Shown here: positions 1 to 13,257 of the stretch, in pieces | Layout: each line of letters begins with the position of its first letter | Numbering within the stretch: position 1 is the first letter of the stretch | From: Catajapyx aquilonaris | Taxonomy: Eukaryota | Direction of reading: 5' to 3' | Assembly: GCA_000934665.2 (NCBI GenBank) | Contig: JYFJ02001984.1 | Location: forward strand, 1-64,000 | DNA length: 64,000 nt | Position numbers and translations under genes: made by a program | Notes under the pieces: model-generated | The model's input: the letters and a program-made list of their open reading frames with translations, nothing else | Databases searched by the model: none | What the model was told of the DNA's origin: nothing

Positions 1-644
1 CCCCCACCTCCCACCCGATTTCGGGGCCTTCCATCGTGGACTATGATCATTACTCCACAACCCCGACCAAACTATCATATTCTACACTACAGAAAAAATA
101 TCCTGTGGATCTTGTTAGTTCTGTCCCCGAGTTCTTCAAATGGAGATGACAATTGACTTCGATTTAAACCGTGTAAGGCAATTTGTGTTGCTAAAAAGCA
201 TCACAAGAGCATTAGATCATTAAAAATTGATGCTCCATATAGGAGACTCACCAATGATGCTCATTAAATGTTTTGAAAATTGCAGTGTAAACAGAGAAGT
301 CTGCCAATTATTTCGAGCATGCAGGCTGACCTCCCGCTGTAACTGGCTCCGTTGTAAATTAATTGCAGGTCTCAGCTTTGAGCTTTCCCTGATGGGATGC
401 ATCTGTAGAACGCATCCCACCCTTCTCAGAAGGGCTCATGCCAAAAGTGAAAGCGGTACAGTGTAGTTTTCCAAAAAGTCCCCCTACATAGGCTACTCTC
501 CCCCTTTCCGCTTAGGTCTGGTCCTAATGATGAATTGAATCAAATTACTCTTAATTTTCTAATTTTAGAGTACAAGTTCTCCAGTCTATATAGGTTCGTA
601 TGGTATTTAAAAAAATTCATTCATTAAAAAAATAGCAAGTCGCA

Positions 645-716
645 TGGGGCCCCTAAACTCCTGGGGCCCCCGGGCAATAACTGCCCATCTAGCCCATATA
701 CGGTAAGACGGCACTG
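645..716. mobile_element. Orphan hAT-MITE-type right end
   Basis: GGGGCCCC subterminal repeats ending in TAAGACGGCACTG, similar to the 5927 terminus; no partner end seen. Confidence 0.45.
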
Positions 717-859
717 GTCATATCTGGGAAGAAGCTGTGGTACCATTTGCCTTAAAAGAGTGGCCTGTAAAGGCTCAACACCCTTCTCTCTCATCATCCA
801 TTTCTTTTAATATATTAATAATATATTAATAATAAATATATAAGTTAATAATAAAATCG

Positions 860-1080
860 GACCTGCACCAAGGAGGTGTCTGGCAACCTAACCTCCTGGG
901 GAACAGCACATGACCCATTTGTAGACATTGCACTTGCACCTATGTTCCCTCCCCAAAAATCCCTACCCTTACCCCATGTCCTTTCATCCTTGCACCGGAG
1001 TTAGAAGAAAAATAGAAAATTGAAGGAAAAATGGTGGTATTCCACTCCCCTATAAGGGCCTATGGCCCTATCACGGGGTA
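860..1080 (+). mobile_element. 5'-truncated SINE family A copy
   Basis: Aligns by eye with 48060-48270 (TGTCT.GCAACCT.ACC, GCACTTGC.CC, TGCACCGGAG, GAAAAATGGTGGTATTCCAC). Confidence 0.75.
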
Positions 1081-1329
1081 TATATTAAAAATATATATAC
1101 TTATATTAATAATGTAATTCCTATATTACTATTATAATAACGTTATAATTTCTTCATGTGTATTATCCATGTGTTTTCTGAATTTTAATCCAATGTCAAA
1201 CTTTCAATCAAACCTATATCAAGATCCTGATTACAATCAAAGTGACCAATCAAAATTCCAAGAAATTTCCCCCATGCAACATATTTGAAGACAATCGGTT
1301 GGAATCTCACGAGTTGACCTTTGCACCCC

Positions 1330-1604
1330 ATAAAAGGGGTCACAGTGCGTCTTTCGTCCCTTGGTGTCGCCTATCCATGCAACTTGAAGACAATCGGTTG
1401 GAATCTCACGCGAGTTGACGAGTGAGGGTGGTGGATTTTGATAGTGGAAGAAAACATGGAAACCCGAGAAAACCCACTCGAATACGTAAATGACCCATCA
1501 AACCCCTTTCCACTAAGAAATAATAAATTCTCTCCCACATGAAATGGGTTCGACCTCTGGACATCTGAGGTGGAAGGCTGTGGCTCTAGCAACTAGACCA
1601 CTGG
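1330..1604 (-). mobile_element. Degenerate tRNA-derived SINE, V-SINE-like central motif
   Basis: Minus strand A box GTGGTCTAGTTG, GCCTTCCACCTC, degenerate B box GGTCGAACCC, then GTGGGTTTTCTCGGGTTTCC..TTTTCTTCCAC; a ~45-bp segment is duplicated at 1272-1318 and 1375-1419. Confidence 0.55.
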
Positions 1605-1617
1605 TTATAATATATAT

Positions 1618-1734
1618 TACATTAGCCAAAATAAATTAATATATATTATAACATAATACAGCATACATTAGCCAAAATAAATTAATATATATATTATAAC
1701 ATAATACAGCATACATTAGCCAAAATAAATTAAT
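1618..1734. repeat. AT-rich minisatellite, 46-48-bp unit, ~2.5 copies
   Basis: TACATTAGCCAAAATAAATTAAT starts at 1618, 1664 and 1712. Confidence 0.92.
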
Positions 1735-4302
1735 GCTGTATTATGTTTACAGCTTGATATATATTTATCATGTAGTTCGTTAATAATTATACCAGAATTA
1801 TACAGATATAAGAGAAGTTGGTTTTAGTAGGCCTAAATATTTCCAAGAGCAGAAGGCTATTCATATATGATATGAGAGGTTGTGCGCACGAATGTAGCCT
1901 ACTAACCGCCAACCGGCGGTTTTGAGCTAACAGCACAATATCGGATACGGTACTGTATTTGGCATTTTCCACACACCTGATCAGCAAATGGTGTGGCGCT
2001 TGTTTTGAAGATCAACCCGCCATCTATGACTCAATTTCAGTACTTGGTGGACAAATAACTCTTTGAATGCTAGCTCCACATCTATTGAAGTTCACATCAA
2101 GTGAATGAAACATCTACATAGTCTGCAATGTCTGCAACAATGTAGCGATGGAAATTAATATATACAAAAGTTGCACCTATCGTACGAAACAGAGAACCGG
2201 ATCCAACTAAGGTGACAGAGAGCATCTGACATCTGTGCTTCAGAGCCGATTTTCTTCCCAGAAACAGAGGTTTTACATTAGGGAGAGTGATAAGAATAAG
2301 GGGCTGGGTGCGAACAAGGAAGGGGCCATGTGGTTTTGGTTGTGATCAAGACATAACAGATACGGCTGCCGCCTGCGTTTTCTTTTGTTTCTATACCCGC
2401 CCGCCTCGAAAGAAGAAGAAGGTTCAGAAAATCTTTTTTTTCCTCCTACGCTTGGAAAGTGTTAATTAATGAGCTCTGATCTCCGAAACGATTAGGATTA
2501 CCATTAAGCCGTCTCGACTTCGCCTCCTGCAATTTATCAGTTTTCATTTTAATTACCCACTCGAATGAAACGATGGCGTTCCATTTCTCCACTTGTCACA
2601 ACCGTATTTTCCTCTCTCTTTTTCTTCCTTCCGGTTCGGCCCCTCGAGGATAAAAGCGAGTTACGATAAAGCGACCTAATTCGCAAGTCGTATTCAAAGA
2701 GTTCCATAAAAAATTGAGACCCGGAACGTTCATCTGAAGCGCCAAAAATGTATAGCCGATGGTATCAACCACCACAGTCGCAAAGTTTACCTTTAAAAAA
2801 ATTCAAATCCGAGCCAAAGTAAGCCTCTAGGCGCCCATCCACTTTTAAATAAAGGGTTCACTGCTCCGCAGTTGTCGATTTCATCTCTCACACTCCATTT
2901 TGTCAGACCCACACACACACTCTCTCTCTCTCTCCTAGTGCACAGATGGAAAGTCATTCATTCGTACAGAGCAGATTTCTTCAAACCCTGAGGATTTTTC
3001 TTTTCCCTCAAAACGCTTACCCTCTGCAACTCATCTTTATGCCAATTTTTGATCGACAACCCGCCTGGGGGTGTGTGTAACAAGGGTCTGGCTTTCCCCC
3101 ATCGCATCCACACACGAGAAATCGAGTTGGTGAATTGGAACGAATGAAATCGGAAGAGGGAGAGAGATTGAATTACAGCTTGCCACTGTTGCGAGTCATA
3201 GATAACGGCATAATGGGCGGGGAAGTTGCTGCCACTTCGTATTATTTAGAGGGAAGAATGCGGCTCGGTTGTGCGGTGCATATATCATACAAGGCGGTAT
3301 GCCAGACCAGACGGTCATTCTTCTGGCGAAATGTAGGGGTTCAACCTATCGGGGATTTTTTTAAAGCGAAATAGGTTTGGTTATAGTTCATGTCGAATAT
3401 TAGGTTGTAGGTGGACAATTCCACAGTAAAGGACCGCACAAAAAAAAAATTATTTTATTTTTTCAAATATAAATGCTGTAGTTATGAAAATGTTTTTGAA
3501 CGTTACGTACCATTGCAACAGCAACCATGGTGTTAACATTTATGAAATCTCAGATGTTGGTAATTTATATTTCATCATCATCATTTGGTTGTTCACGGGG
3601 TTTCCCAAACAGACATGGGGTTGCCAGCGGATATTGAGGAGGAGGTCCTCAATATCCTCGTATGACCAAATACATATACAAAAAAATCGGAAGCCAGGTA
3701 GGCTACTCGTAGATATATAAAAAAAAAATTTAAAAAAGGAGGCCGACAGGACAGGCTATGGTGGGTTGTTGACTTCGGCGGTGTCCCAGGTGACGTCCAC
3801 CAACAAAGGACGGGCAAGGCAGGAGGACCATCTCATTGCTAAGAGCCTAAGACCACCAGACCAAAACCCGTCGCCGTGCATGGGACGAAGGAGGGCAGCA
3901 AAACCTCCAGGCTTCTGGATGGAATGCCTTCTACTTGCCGAATGTACAGGCTATGCTGGGTTGTTGACTTTGGCAGACTTCGGAGGTATTTATATTTTTA
4001 AATGGTGATTTAATTTCACGGGACATCTCAAAATGTCCAGTCCGTTACCAAGGAATTGTCCCGTCTGTTACTAATTTTGGTCGAAAACTTGAGGACCTAG
4101 AAACTAAATTCTTGTGCATGTGTGATGCAAATCATGACTTTTCAGACCCCAAGAAAATTGTTGTCACAAATTCAGTATCAGCTTCTAAATATGAAATTTG
4201 GTAATATTTGGGTAACGGACGGGACACAAAAACCTAAGTTTTCCAATCAGTCTGGTCACCCATTTACAAAATAATAAGATCATAACTGACCCAGTCAATT
4301 CC

Positions 4303-4739
4303 TGTAGTCCGCCCCACACTTATAGGCCTACTCCACTCTTCCTTTCCCATGAGCCTGTGCAGCTTTTGTAACTATAAAAGGCAGGAGGTCCTGATCATCC
4401 GGGTCAGACTTATAGAGCGACTGACCGGAGGCGAGGCCACCAATTTCCATCGCAGACACGCCGGTGCCAGAGTGTAGCGGTACATCATAAGCCGGGGCCA
4501 TTCTGTAGCGACGTGTACAAGCGGACTTGGAAGAATATATTAGCAACTACGAAGATCTCTATACGAGCAGAACTTGCGAGCAGCCATCTACGAGCAGGAC
4601 TTACGACCTAACTGCTGTATATTGTTGCATTGTGATTTGCACATTTGTAATGTGGTTTAACTGGGAAATCAATATACAGTGTTGACAGTGAACTCCATAC
4701 TTTGGCTCAATTTCCTTACGTCAAACAGAGATCCTTACA
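4303..4739 (+). mobile_element. Possible solo LTR
   Basis: TGTA...TTACA ends, TATAAAAG at 4373, internal short repeats (ACGAGCAG.ACTT.CGA), AATATA near the 3' end; no TSD found. Confidence 0.35.
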
Positions 4740-5364
4740 GGTACTACGTGATTGTTCAGCACAACTTTTCAATCCTAACACTTGCTGCAGACTGACAATT
4801 AAATACTCTTTCTAATTTCATCATGTTCGACCTATAGCATCAAGAGGAACACACTTCCTTTCAGGATTTGTAAAATACTGATAAATTAATTTTTTTAAAT
4901 TTCTTTCGTGCAAAACATAAAATTAAAGACTATTCAAGTTTAAAATGAGAGGAAAAAATTGCTTTTAAAACTACAACTTTTAACCAAAATGTCCCCTTTC
5001 GCGAGTAATGGCCCAGGTGAATATGGTGCAATTGTGATGATGAATGGGCAACAAGCCAACAATGACTCTTAACAACGAACTATTTACACATTATTGTGGC
5101 ACATTAAGTTGATACAATATTTTTCTGTCATTTTGTTGTGCACCGCCATAGAACATAATTATAGCCTATACAATGTTGCGAATCTTCGTGCCTTTAAGCA
5201 GCGCTATATACACTCTAAAAACCGTCCCAGCTAAATAGAAGGGAAAAAACGGGCCCTTTTTTCCCATATAAAATAGATGGGACATGTCTCGCATATTTTC
5301 GATCTCATATATATATACGGGACCAAAACCAGCCGTCTCAGATATAAATAGAAGGGACAGGGAT

Positions 5365-5927
5365 CAGGGCCGGATTTAGATGAAGAGAGGCCCAAGGCTA
5401 TGTCCACTTGTGAGGCCCTTCCCAACAATAACCAATCCCCCCTCCACACCACCNATATATTAATGATTTTTTGGAAAAAGTGCTACCAATTTCATCAAAT
5501 ACATTACAGCACTGTATCTCATATTGGATTTTTAATGAACGCAAATACAGGGGCCTAGGCAGAAAAAATTTCGGGAGGGGATCCATAAACCATAACTTAG
5601 GTCGGGGAGCAAGCCCGCCGCAGGCGAAATTTTTTGGGGTTCAATGTCATGACCTTAGATGAATGTGGGAGATTTGAATGGGTGTGAAAAAGAATGGAGG
5701 TGACCGCCTCCGGCTCCCATACTTCCGACGGCGGGGAGTGAGTTATAACAATATGTGTAAGATGAGCTTGTCGGTTGAAATGATTGTGTAGAAGTGTTGG
5801 TCTGCACAGTGGCCGTTGCTGCAGGCCAACCAAAACAACAACAACAAAAAACACCTTGGCCGGAGGCCCCCTAGCCTTCGAGGCCCTAGGCTGCAGCCTA
5901 CCTTGCCTAATGGTAAATCCGGCCCTG
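5365..5927. mobile_element. Non-autonomous hAT transposon (MITE) nested in the CMC-like element
   Basis: 14-bp TIRs CAGGGCCGGATTTA / TAAATCCGGCCCTG; perfect 8-bp TSD ACAGGGAT (5357-5364, 5928-5935); subterminal GAGGCCC repeats. Confidence 0.92.
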
Positions 5928-6784
5928 ACAGGGATCCTGATTCTCTTCCATCCCCTCCCCCCCTGGCCCTCGCCCTCCTTCCTATTGAAATATTGGGCTG
6001 ATGCTGCGGGTATTATATATATTTATACAAGAACAGTCACTTGAAAAACATTTATTTTTTCACTGTGGAATAATTTTACAAAACTTTGAAAAGTGCCGTC
6101 AATTTGTTATTGAAGAAATGGCATGCCTGGTGATGATGTGGTGATAGTGGATGTCTCCTGCATGCTTGATGGTGATTCCTGTTGCATGGTTGGTAATGCC
6201 CCGTTGCTGGTGAATAGTTCATCATTGCAGGTGAAAGAATAGTTGGGAACATTGCACTGATTCTGCTGAGCTCCTGCTTGCAAAGATAAGTCTGAAAAAT
6301 AATATCAAGAATACCATTCATATCATGACCTAATAAATGGGCTATTTCTCTTACCGTGTATCGCACTGTGCATGGTTGGTGGGTGTTCGCAGAAAGAACA
6401 CTTGGGGCCAACCTCAGGGGTTTTGTAATAGCTGCATTCGCACTCCTGGCAGCTGCCCCTCAGTGTTCCCCGTTTGTCTAATCCTATATTGTGACTATCG
6501 GCGATGTACAGGTACGCTGAGACCTTCCGTTGTTTGAGTCACTTGCAGATATCTAAATTAGCGGATGGAGAAATGTAATAAAACTGCAGAAAACACTGAG
6601 AAGCTATCAATTCTCTAAGGAAATGACCATTATGGCACGTCAGAGTGGGACCCGTTCCAAGTTGAGTGGAAAATTGTAGGGCACCTGAGATATTTCAAGT
6701 AAATTATGGAAATTGTGAAATTTTTTTGCACTTCAATAGCCTTTTTTAAAATGAACAAATGAAGAAAAACCAATCTAAACTCTC

Positions 6785-6818
6785 GCCCCGGGCCCCGAAT
6801 TCTCTGTGGACGGCCCTG
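6785..6818. mobile_element. Orphan hAT-MITE-type right end
   Basis: GCCCCGGGCCCC...GGACGGCCCTG; no partner end seen. Confidence 0.4.
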
Positions 6819-8082
6819 TGCAGTACAGATATAAGAGTATACTTACTCAGTGGGTGGCTTCTTCATTTACGCCAGCAGGTCAGTTGCCGTGTAGTGATGG
6901 TGATCCCGGAATGAAAATAACGTGCACCGCCCGATCAGCATCACTGTGCGACTGTCACTTCCAAGATGGTGGCATTCGAATAGGCCTGTATTGCATCATT
7001 TCCTAAGCTCTCGCTAACCTTCCTATATTCACTAGGCCGCGGGTTCCGTGAGGTGGGACAAGTGTATATTATATAATAGGTGATAGTGATGGGGTGGGAA
7101 GGCAAAAAGGAAAATGAATAGGAGAAGGAAAAGAGCGATTTTTTTTATAGGGCGGATGCCCACCAGCCGAATCACCACTTCCGGGGATCATTCCGCGCCG
7201 AAATATCTGAGACAGTCTGCGACTGTTTTGAAATATATGAGACTGAATCTGCTTCATGTCCCATATACATTGGCGTCTCATATATCTTGATTGAGTCTCA
7301 TATAAATATGGCCTTGCTTTGTCGGAGTCTCATATATATACTTTCAGGGGTGACAATTCTCATATATTTCAGATGGGACACTTTGTTTAGATGGGACATG
7401 GAAGACATGTCTCCCATGTCCCATCTAAAGTCGAATTTTATATGGGACGAGTCCTGAAATAGCTGGGACGGTTTTTAGAGTGTAGGTATAGTGTTATTTA
7501 CTCCATTATCCGATGAAAATAGTAATTAATTTTCAGCCATCTGGTTACCGTGCAGGAAGATCGAAATTTGGGCCCTTTCCTTATAGTCCATGTCACACTA
7601 TTTCATGCTCCACCGGTGGAAGAGCCGACGGGCATTGATTGCAATCGCAAGACTCGTCTGGGCAGTTATGCTAGAAACGTTAGTGCCAGCTCGCACCACG
7701 CACGCCGAAATGAACTGAACAATAGAGATAGCACAGACCCCCCCAGCCGGTCCCCCACATAACCAACAAGTCCCCCCCCCTCCCTCTCCCTCTTTGCAAC
7801 CCTCTCTTTCTCTATGGGGACTCGGCAAGATCACGTTTTAATTACATTGCGAAATGAAATCAGATGGCAATAGCTTTAATCTGCTCATCTAATTTTCGTC
7901 CTTTGCACCGAGATCTCTGACAAAGGGATTAGGACAGAGGGAAAAGCAGGGAGACCTGAAGGTAAAGGTGATGATGGCTTTGCCAAGTCAGTTCATGACC
8001 TAATGATGTCACTAGTTACTTATGAACTAAGAACTTGTGACTTGATATCCCCCCTCCAAAAACACTGGCCGACATCTACGAT

Positions 8083-8083
<1 letters not shown>

Positions 8084-8127
<44 letters not shown>
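8084..8127. repeat. (TTG)n microsatellite
   Basis: Direct reading. Confidence 0.95.
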
Positions 8128-8284
8128 AAGGATCATTATCTGCGGAGCTAAGTGTTTACAAGTACTGTAACAAGCTGTCTGAGCGAATGTATGGAATGCA
8201 TCGTAATATGCTAGAAACAATTTGCAAATTGTAATAATTTGTTAATTTTATAGCTATGTAAAAAAAACGTCCTGACACTAAATA

Positions 8285-8820
8285 CAGGGTGTCCACAATG
8301 AACCTCCCTAGTTTCAAAGAGCGGTAAAAAATAGATATGCGGAGATATTTAAAGTTTTGGTTGTTTAAACGGTCTGGAGACTCAACAAGTTTCATCCTAA
8401 ATTTTTGGAACAGCATGTGATGTGGTGGTGCTCCTGTGGGGGATGCTATCGGAAGATGTAAACATATAGCATTTACAGAGGGAAAAATGGAAGTTGTGTG
8501 GTGGTTAACCTAGCTGAACTCGGTCACAGAAGTGCTGGACATGCTGGACAGTACACCTTTCCACAACTCCAAAACAAAGTCTATGCAACGAAAGTAGACA
8601 GCCCAAATAATGACGTGTCCTCCATCACCCCTGACATGCTGGAGAGAACCTTGGGAGAGGGAGATTATCGGATTAAAATTGCTCTTGCTACTAAAGGAGC
8701 ACACGTGGAAGGCTACTGATTTTTTTTTACATAAACTTGATGAGTGTCTCTTCTCATTTGACTTCGACACCATGGGGCAGTAACTTGTGTAATGGTAGCA
8801 AGTTGAAACTAGGGAGGTTC
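8285..8820 (+). mobile_element. Tc1/mariner deletion derivative with a remnant of the transposase C-terminus
   Basis: TA-CAGGGTGTCC left end; inverted pair GAACCTCCCTAGTTTCAA (8300-8317) / TTGAAACTAGGGAGGTTC (8803-8820); 8560-8719 encodes LQNKVYATK..SITPDMLERT..DYRIKIALATKGAHVE, a typical Tc1/mariner C-terminus. Confidence 0.8.
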
Positions 8821-8990
8821 CCTATATTGATCTATATAGAGCTGACGGGATTGTCGTGGGAATTTTCAACATTGTTAATAGACCTCAAAGAATCTGTAAA
8901 CTTCATACAGTAGATACCTGCATTTCGTTAGGTATTGCAATGAAACGGATGGTATACCGTACTGTATGCATATTTAGCTACTGATTTTTT

Positions 8991-9024
8991 GATCGTGATG
9001 ATCGTGATGATCGTGATGATCGTG
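8991..9024. repeat. (GATCGTGAT)n 9-bp tandem repeat, ~3.7 copies
   Basis: Direct reading. Confidence 0.9.
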
Positions 9025-12000
9025 CTCGTCAGTTTAGAATTTGTTGATATATTTTTCTGGAAGAGTTGCAGGTACTCATATTTATTTATAATACTCTATT
9101 CACGATAACTGTCACATATTAGAGTGGATGGAATAAAAATGACGTAAAGGTGTAGTTTTCAGAGAGGGCAATGATTCACCAGGATCGTTCGAACGAAGAA
9201 AATTTAGACCCCATCCAGCCCTCACGAAATGTCAAAACGATCACAATTTTCACAGAGAAACCCCCGATCTCCAGCGCCATGAAGTTTTGAGACCACGTTG
9301 TATCGACTTGTGAAGCTCGCGTGCCAAAAACTTTTTTCCCCGGATCCAAACTGGAGCCAGAGAATTTTTTGGGGCTTTTTTTCCCTGCCCCTCCTTCCCC
9401 CCTTTTGCTCCAAAAAGCGAAGTCTCGTGCGCATCAAAAGGTCATTCGTTTTTCCCCTGACATTTCTGAGGGGGCTATAATTCATAAATAGAGCGTCCAA
9501 TCAGTTGCAAAGTTTTAGGGAGAATAACTGACACCGAGGTTTTCCTCCGCGAGGGGGCCTCCTTCGCTTAAAATATGACTACACCGCTCCGGAAGAAGCG
9601 ATTTATTTCCCGCTTCCGGCGTGATGAAAGCAAGGGTTTCTCTTCTGCAGCAGGTCCATTGCCTTTCGCTCAATGTGCGTGTGAGATACACAAGTTTGCG
9701 GGGGAAAGAGACGGCTCAAACTTTTGCATGATATCGACGTTCTGCTTGCTCCTGAATATTTCTATTATTCTCCTCTTAAGACGTTATATTGGCCAGTTTT
9801 ACTGGCAGAAAGTTCGCAAACTATTTTCAATCAGCCCGAGAGACACAAGCCTCCTTTTAGTAGCTGGGGGGGAGGGCGGGCCAGGAAATTCCTCTTGCAT
9901 CTTGGAAAATTGCTTCAGTTTCTGAGAGATCCCCCTTCCCAGCCCCCTTCTAGAGTTGCCAGGAGGCACAAGACGGAGAAATGATGGCGTCCATCTGGCA
10001 CCACTTGCTGTCACACCCGCTTCCTTCTGACCGCTCATATCAAACTCAATAACGGTCAAACTTGTCAAACCTTGGCACTTCGGTCCGAACGTTAAGTCCG
10101 GTCTTGACATCCCGCACGGAACATATAAAAAAGCGAGGTAGGGAAACAATATTTTGAAGAGGAAATTTTTGCGTCAGACGAAACTGCAGGGTAATGGAGA
10201 CGTGCTCCATTCGCGCCTCTGGCAACAAGACGGAATCGAAAGGATGTAATTTACTCCCAGAGTGTGACAAATGCGAGCAGAGGGGGAAAGACGGACGCAA
10301 AGCCAAGCCTTTTCGCAGTTCTCCGATTTATACCCCGGTCGACGCGACATTGCCCTCTGATTAATTAAGGATTTTGGAAAGCGTCGCCGATCGCGCGACG
10401 CAGACACTCCCTACGTAATTCACGAACTTGTCGCGTGGGAATTAGGCTCGCTGGCTTGTTTGCCGCACTTGAGTGCCCATGAGATATGCATAAGCTGCTT
10501 TCTATTTTTCACGGTGCTCTATTATGAGCTGGATAAAAAAAAATGAGTATATTTTTACTGGACCGGATATGAGCATACATTATACTTGCATGTTAGCGAG
10601 TACGCGGCGGGGGAGAAAAAGTGTCAAGTGTGGAAATAGGCAAGGCCCACACTTGTGAAACTTGTGAATAAAATTATTTTTGTGGAGTTAAAAATAATAA
10701 GGATACGAATAAGGCGACTTCTCACATACGACTTTAATTATGCTGGAGCTTTGTGAATGGTGAAGTAAAATGAGCAGTGCTCGATCTTTCGTTAACGACC
10801 CGTAAATCCGTATTCTTGGAGAGAGAGAGAGAGAGAGACAGAGAGAGAGAGAAAAAAAATAAAGCGGTCGGATTCGAAGTCGAGGAAAATAATGGCTTCT
10901 TTAAAAAGGTCTGATGAGGGCGTGACGTGCCCGAATTTCTCACCGACTAATCCTTTGTGTGGCTTGAGCAAATAGGACTGCGGAAGCCATCACTGGGCTT
11001 TTAATTCCCGTAGGATGAGGGGAGAGAACAAAATAATGATCCTCCTCTCCTCTCCCCTGCTCCCCTACCCTTCTACCTACATCCTATCCTCACTTTGCCT
11101 CCAACGGTATACTGCACGGGGAGTTAATAACGATTAGCAAATACCGCAGTAGAGTGAGGCTTACAGGCCCCCCTTCCCAGCCCAAAAACTCATTTAAAAA
11201 GTATGCGTAAAATCTGGCCCGGAGGCGTTTTGTTCAGGAAGAATTCGACCGAAGAAAGAAAAAAATAAAATGGCTTTGATTACCTCATTTCAAAAAAAAA
11301 AAGGAAAAAAGGCAGGGTGCGATATTTCTCGCGGGTAGGGGTATTTTCATTCTTCCCCCTACGGGCTCATTTGATTGGGAAGTTTTTGAGAAATCACGTA
11401 CAGGCGCCGTATGGTGTTTAAGGATAATTAAGCGTCATTACGACTCGGATTGCTGGGACGGCACTAATGCGGCGGTGCCTAAGCAAGAGATATTGACGCG
11501 AATAAAGGGGGAAATAAATGCGACCTGCTTATCCAGATGGTTAAGCAGGGCCCGGAAACGCCCATCTAAGAGAGGGCTTCAAGTGCTACATGGCCATAGT
11601 AACAAGTCTGTCGTGGTAATTGAATCGCGCCTCGGAGATGCTCTTAGAACTGAAGAGAGTTCAAGTCAAAAACCACGTTATAGGTGCAGGCGCTGATAAA
11701 ATCAGATCCATTTTTTTACAGAATATTATTTATGCATCATGTGTGTATAACATTAATTTAAATGTGGGAAAATGACTATACACGAATATTTGAGCAAATC
11801 CTTGGGGCCTCAGGCTATACTACAACATTTGGTAGCCTACCCTGGCGAAGCACCCCAAAAGACGCGCGTTTAGTGCCTTGGGGTAATGAGTCCCGTAAAA
11901 CCCCAGAGTTTTATCGGCATGGCACAGGCGCGCCATCACATGTTGGAACCCATACACTACACGTGGATGGCGCTAAAATCCCCAGCGGCGCCAAAATTAT

Positions 12001-12840
12001 CCTCATCCGTCCCGAGCCCCGGATCACTGATTAAGAACCGACTGGATTGTCAATTAGTCCCGTGTTTACAGCGCCGTAATTTCTGCTGTCCCGAATGCGA
12101 AGGGTTAATTACTGTGTTTGGAGGAGGTGCCGTAGAAGAAGACATCTTTTGCTGCGAAGTCCACTGGAGTTAGCAGCCAATCATGGTGGCCATTCCATCT
12201 TCTTGGACTCAGGGTCCAGAGCGAGAACGTCTTCATCAACAAGGGCTCTCGCTGGATCGAATTATTACGGCTATTAGTGCTCGGCCTCCTACGTGTATAT
12301 GCTACCCTGTGTGGTCTATGCGCCAATTTCGGCTAAGATTGTGGAAAACAGATCCATAGGACCATCTTTCTATATACCCTTTTAGACTGATTCTGAACGG
12401 AGTATATGAACATGGTTGTGCTAAAATTGTGACAATATATTGCAGTTATCCAGAAATGGTTATTATTGTCGCAAATAATATTTTCGGTGATTAAACTGTC
12501 ACTTGTTATCAATTTATCAACCAAAAAATAGGCCAGTTTCAGAAATTGCGTACACTGTGCTGCACTGTACCTAAAATAACAAAACATGCATTGGATGATT
12601 ACCGTATAGCACTTACTCGTACATTAGGCTACTTTAGCATACGTGACTTTGAAACCCGAGATATTGAATTCCTAATATGTTGTATTCTTGGTTGTATATA
12701 ATCCCGAAAAATACCATCACAAATTACGTTGTGTACAGTAACTTACAATCATATAGTGTTTCATATTTTAAGTGCATGATGAGTTCTTTGTCGCCACAGT
12801 AACACTACTTTATGTAACTATGTTATAGTAGGTGTGATTT

Positions 12841-13094
12841 GAAGGGTGTGGTGGAAAACCCACATTTTGTCATTTTTGACCTAAACACCTAGCAACTGGT
12901 AAGTCGGGGCAAGTGCGACAAATCATGACAAAGAATTTGGTATACTCCAAGTTCACGTATCATGCAAGAGACAGCAACACGGACTAGACCAAAATCAGCA
13001 TTCCCTATGATTTGTGACAAGAGTGCACACTTAAATTTGCCCTCCTGAAAAATTACACTTTTGTGGGTTATAACCCTTTTCCACCACACCCCTC
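12841..13094. mobile_element. Sola-like MITE
   Basis: 18-bp TIRs GAAGGGTGTGGTGGAAAA / TTTTCCACCACACCCCTC (1 mismatch); 4-bp TSD ATTT on both sides. Confidence 0.7.
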
Positions 13095-13178
13095 ATTTGG
13101 TCTCTGAAGCCTTGTTACGGAAATAATGGACTTCACACTTTATTCACAGTAAAAAACATCCTGGCCCTTAACGTTATC

Positions 13179-13257
13179 GTCCGGGAGTAATCCAGGTAGT
13201 CCGGGGGTAAACCGGGGTAGTCCGGGGCAGTCCGGGGGGTAATCCGGGCAGTCCGAG
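13179..13257. repeat. Degenerate ~10-bp tandem repeat (TCCGGGGTAR-like)
   Basis: About 8 CCGGG-type units separated by GTAAT, GTAGT or GCAGT. Confidence 0.75.

Larger units (their letters stand above)
5211..7482. mobile_element. Non-autonomous CMC/EnSpm-like DNA transposon
   Basis: Perfect 23-bp TIRs CACTCTAAAAACCGTCCCAGCTA / TAGCTGGGACGGTTTTTAGAGTG; TA on both flanks; subterminal ATGGGAC, TCCCAT and TCTCATAT repeats at both ends. Superfamily inferred from the CACT termini. Confidence 0.8.

Noticed and set aside
1272..1419. CRISPR-like repeat-spacer-repeat
   Set aside because: Only two copies, eukaryotic context, no cas genes; it is a local duplication at a SINE end
10905..10960. Hammerhead ribozyme (CTGATGA-GGGC..GCCC-GAAT)
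   Set aside because: GAAT instead of GAAA, and no convincing stem III or NUH cleavage site
12215..12257. Pre-miRNA-like hairpin (AGCGAGA/TCTCGCT)
   Set aside because: Stem too short and irregular; no match to miRNAs I recall
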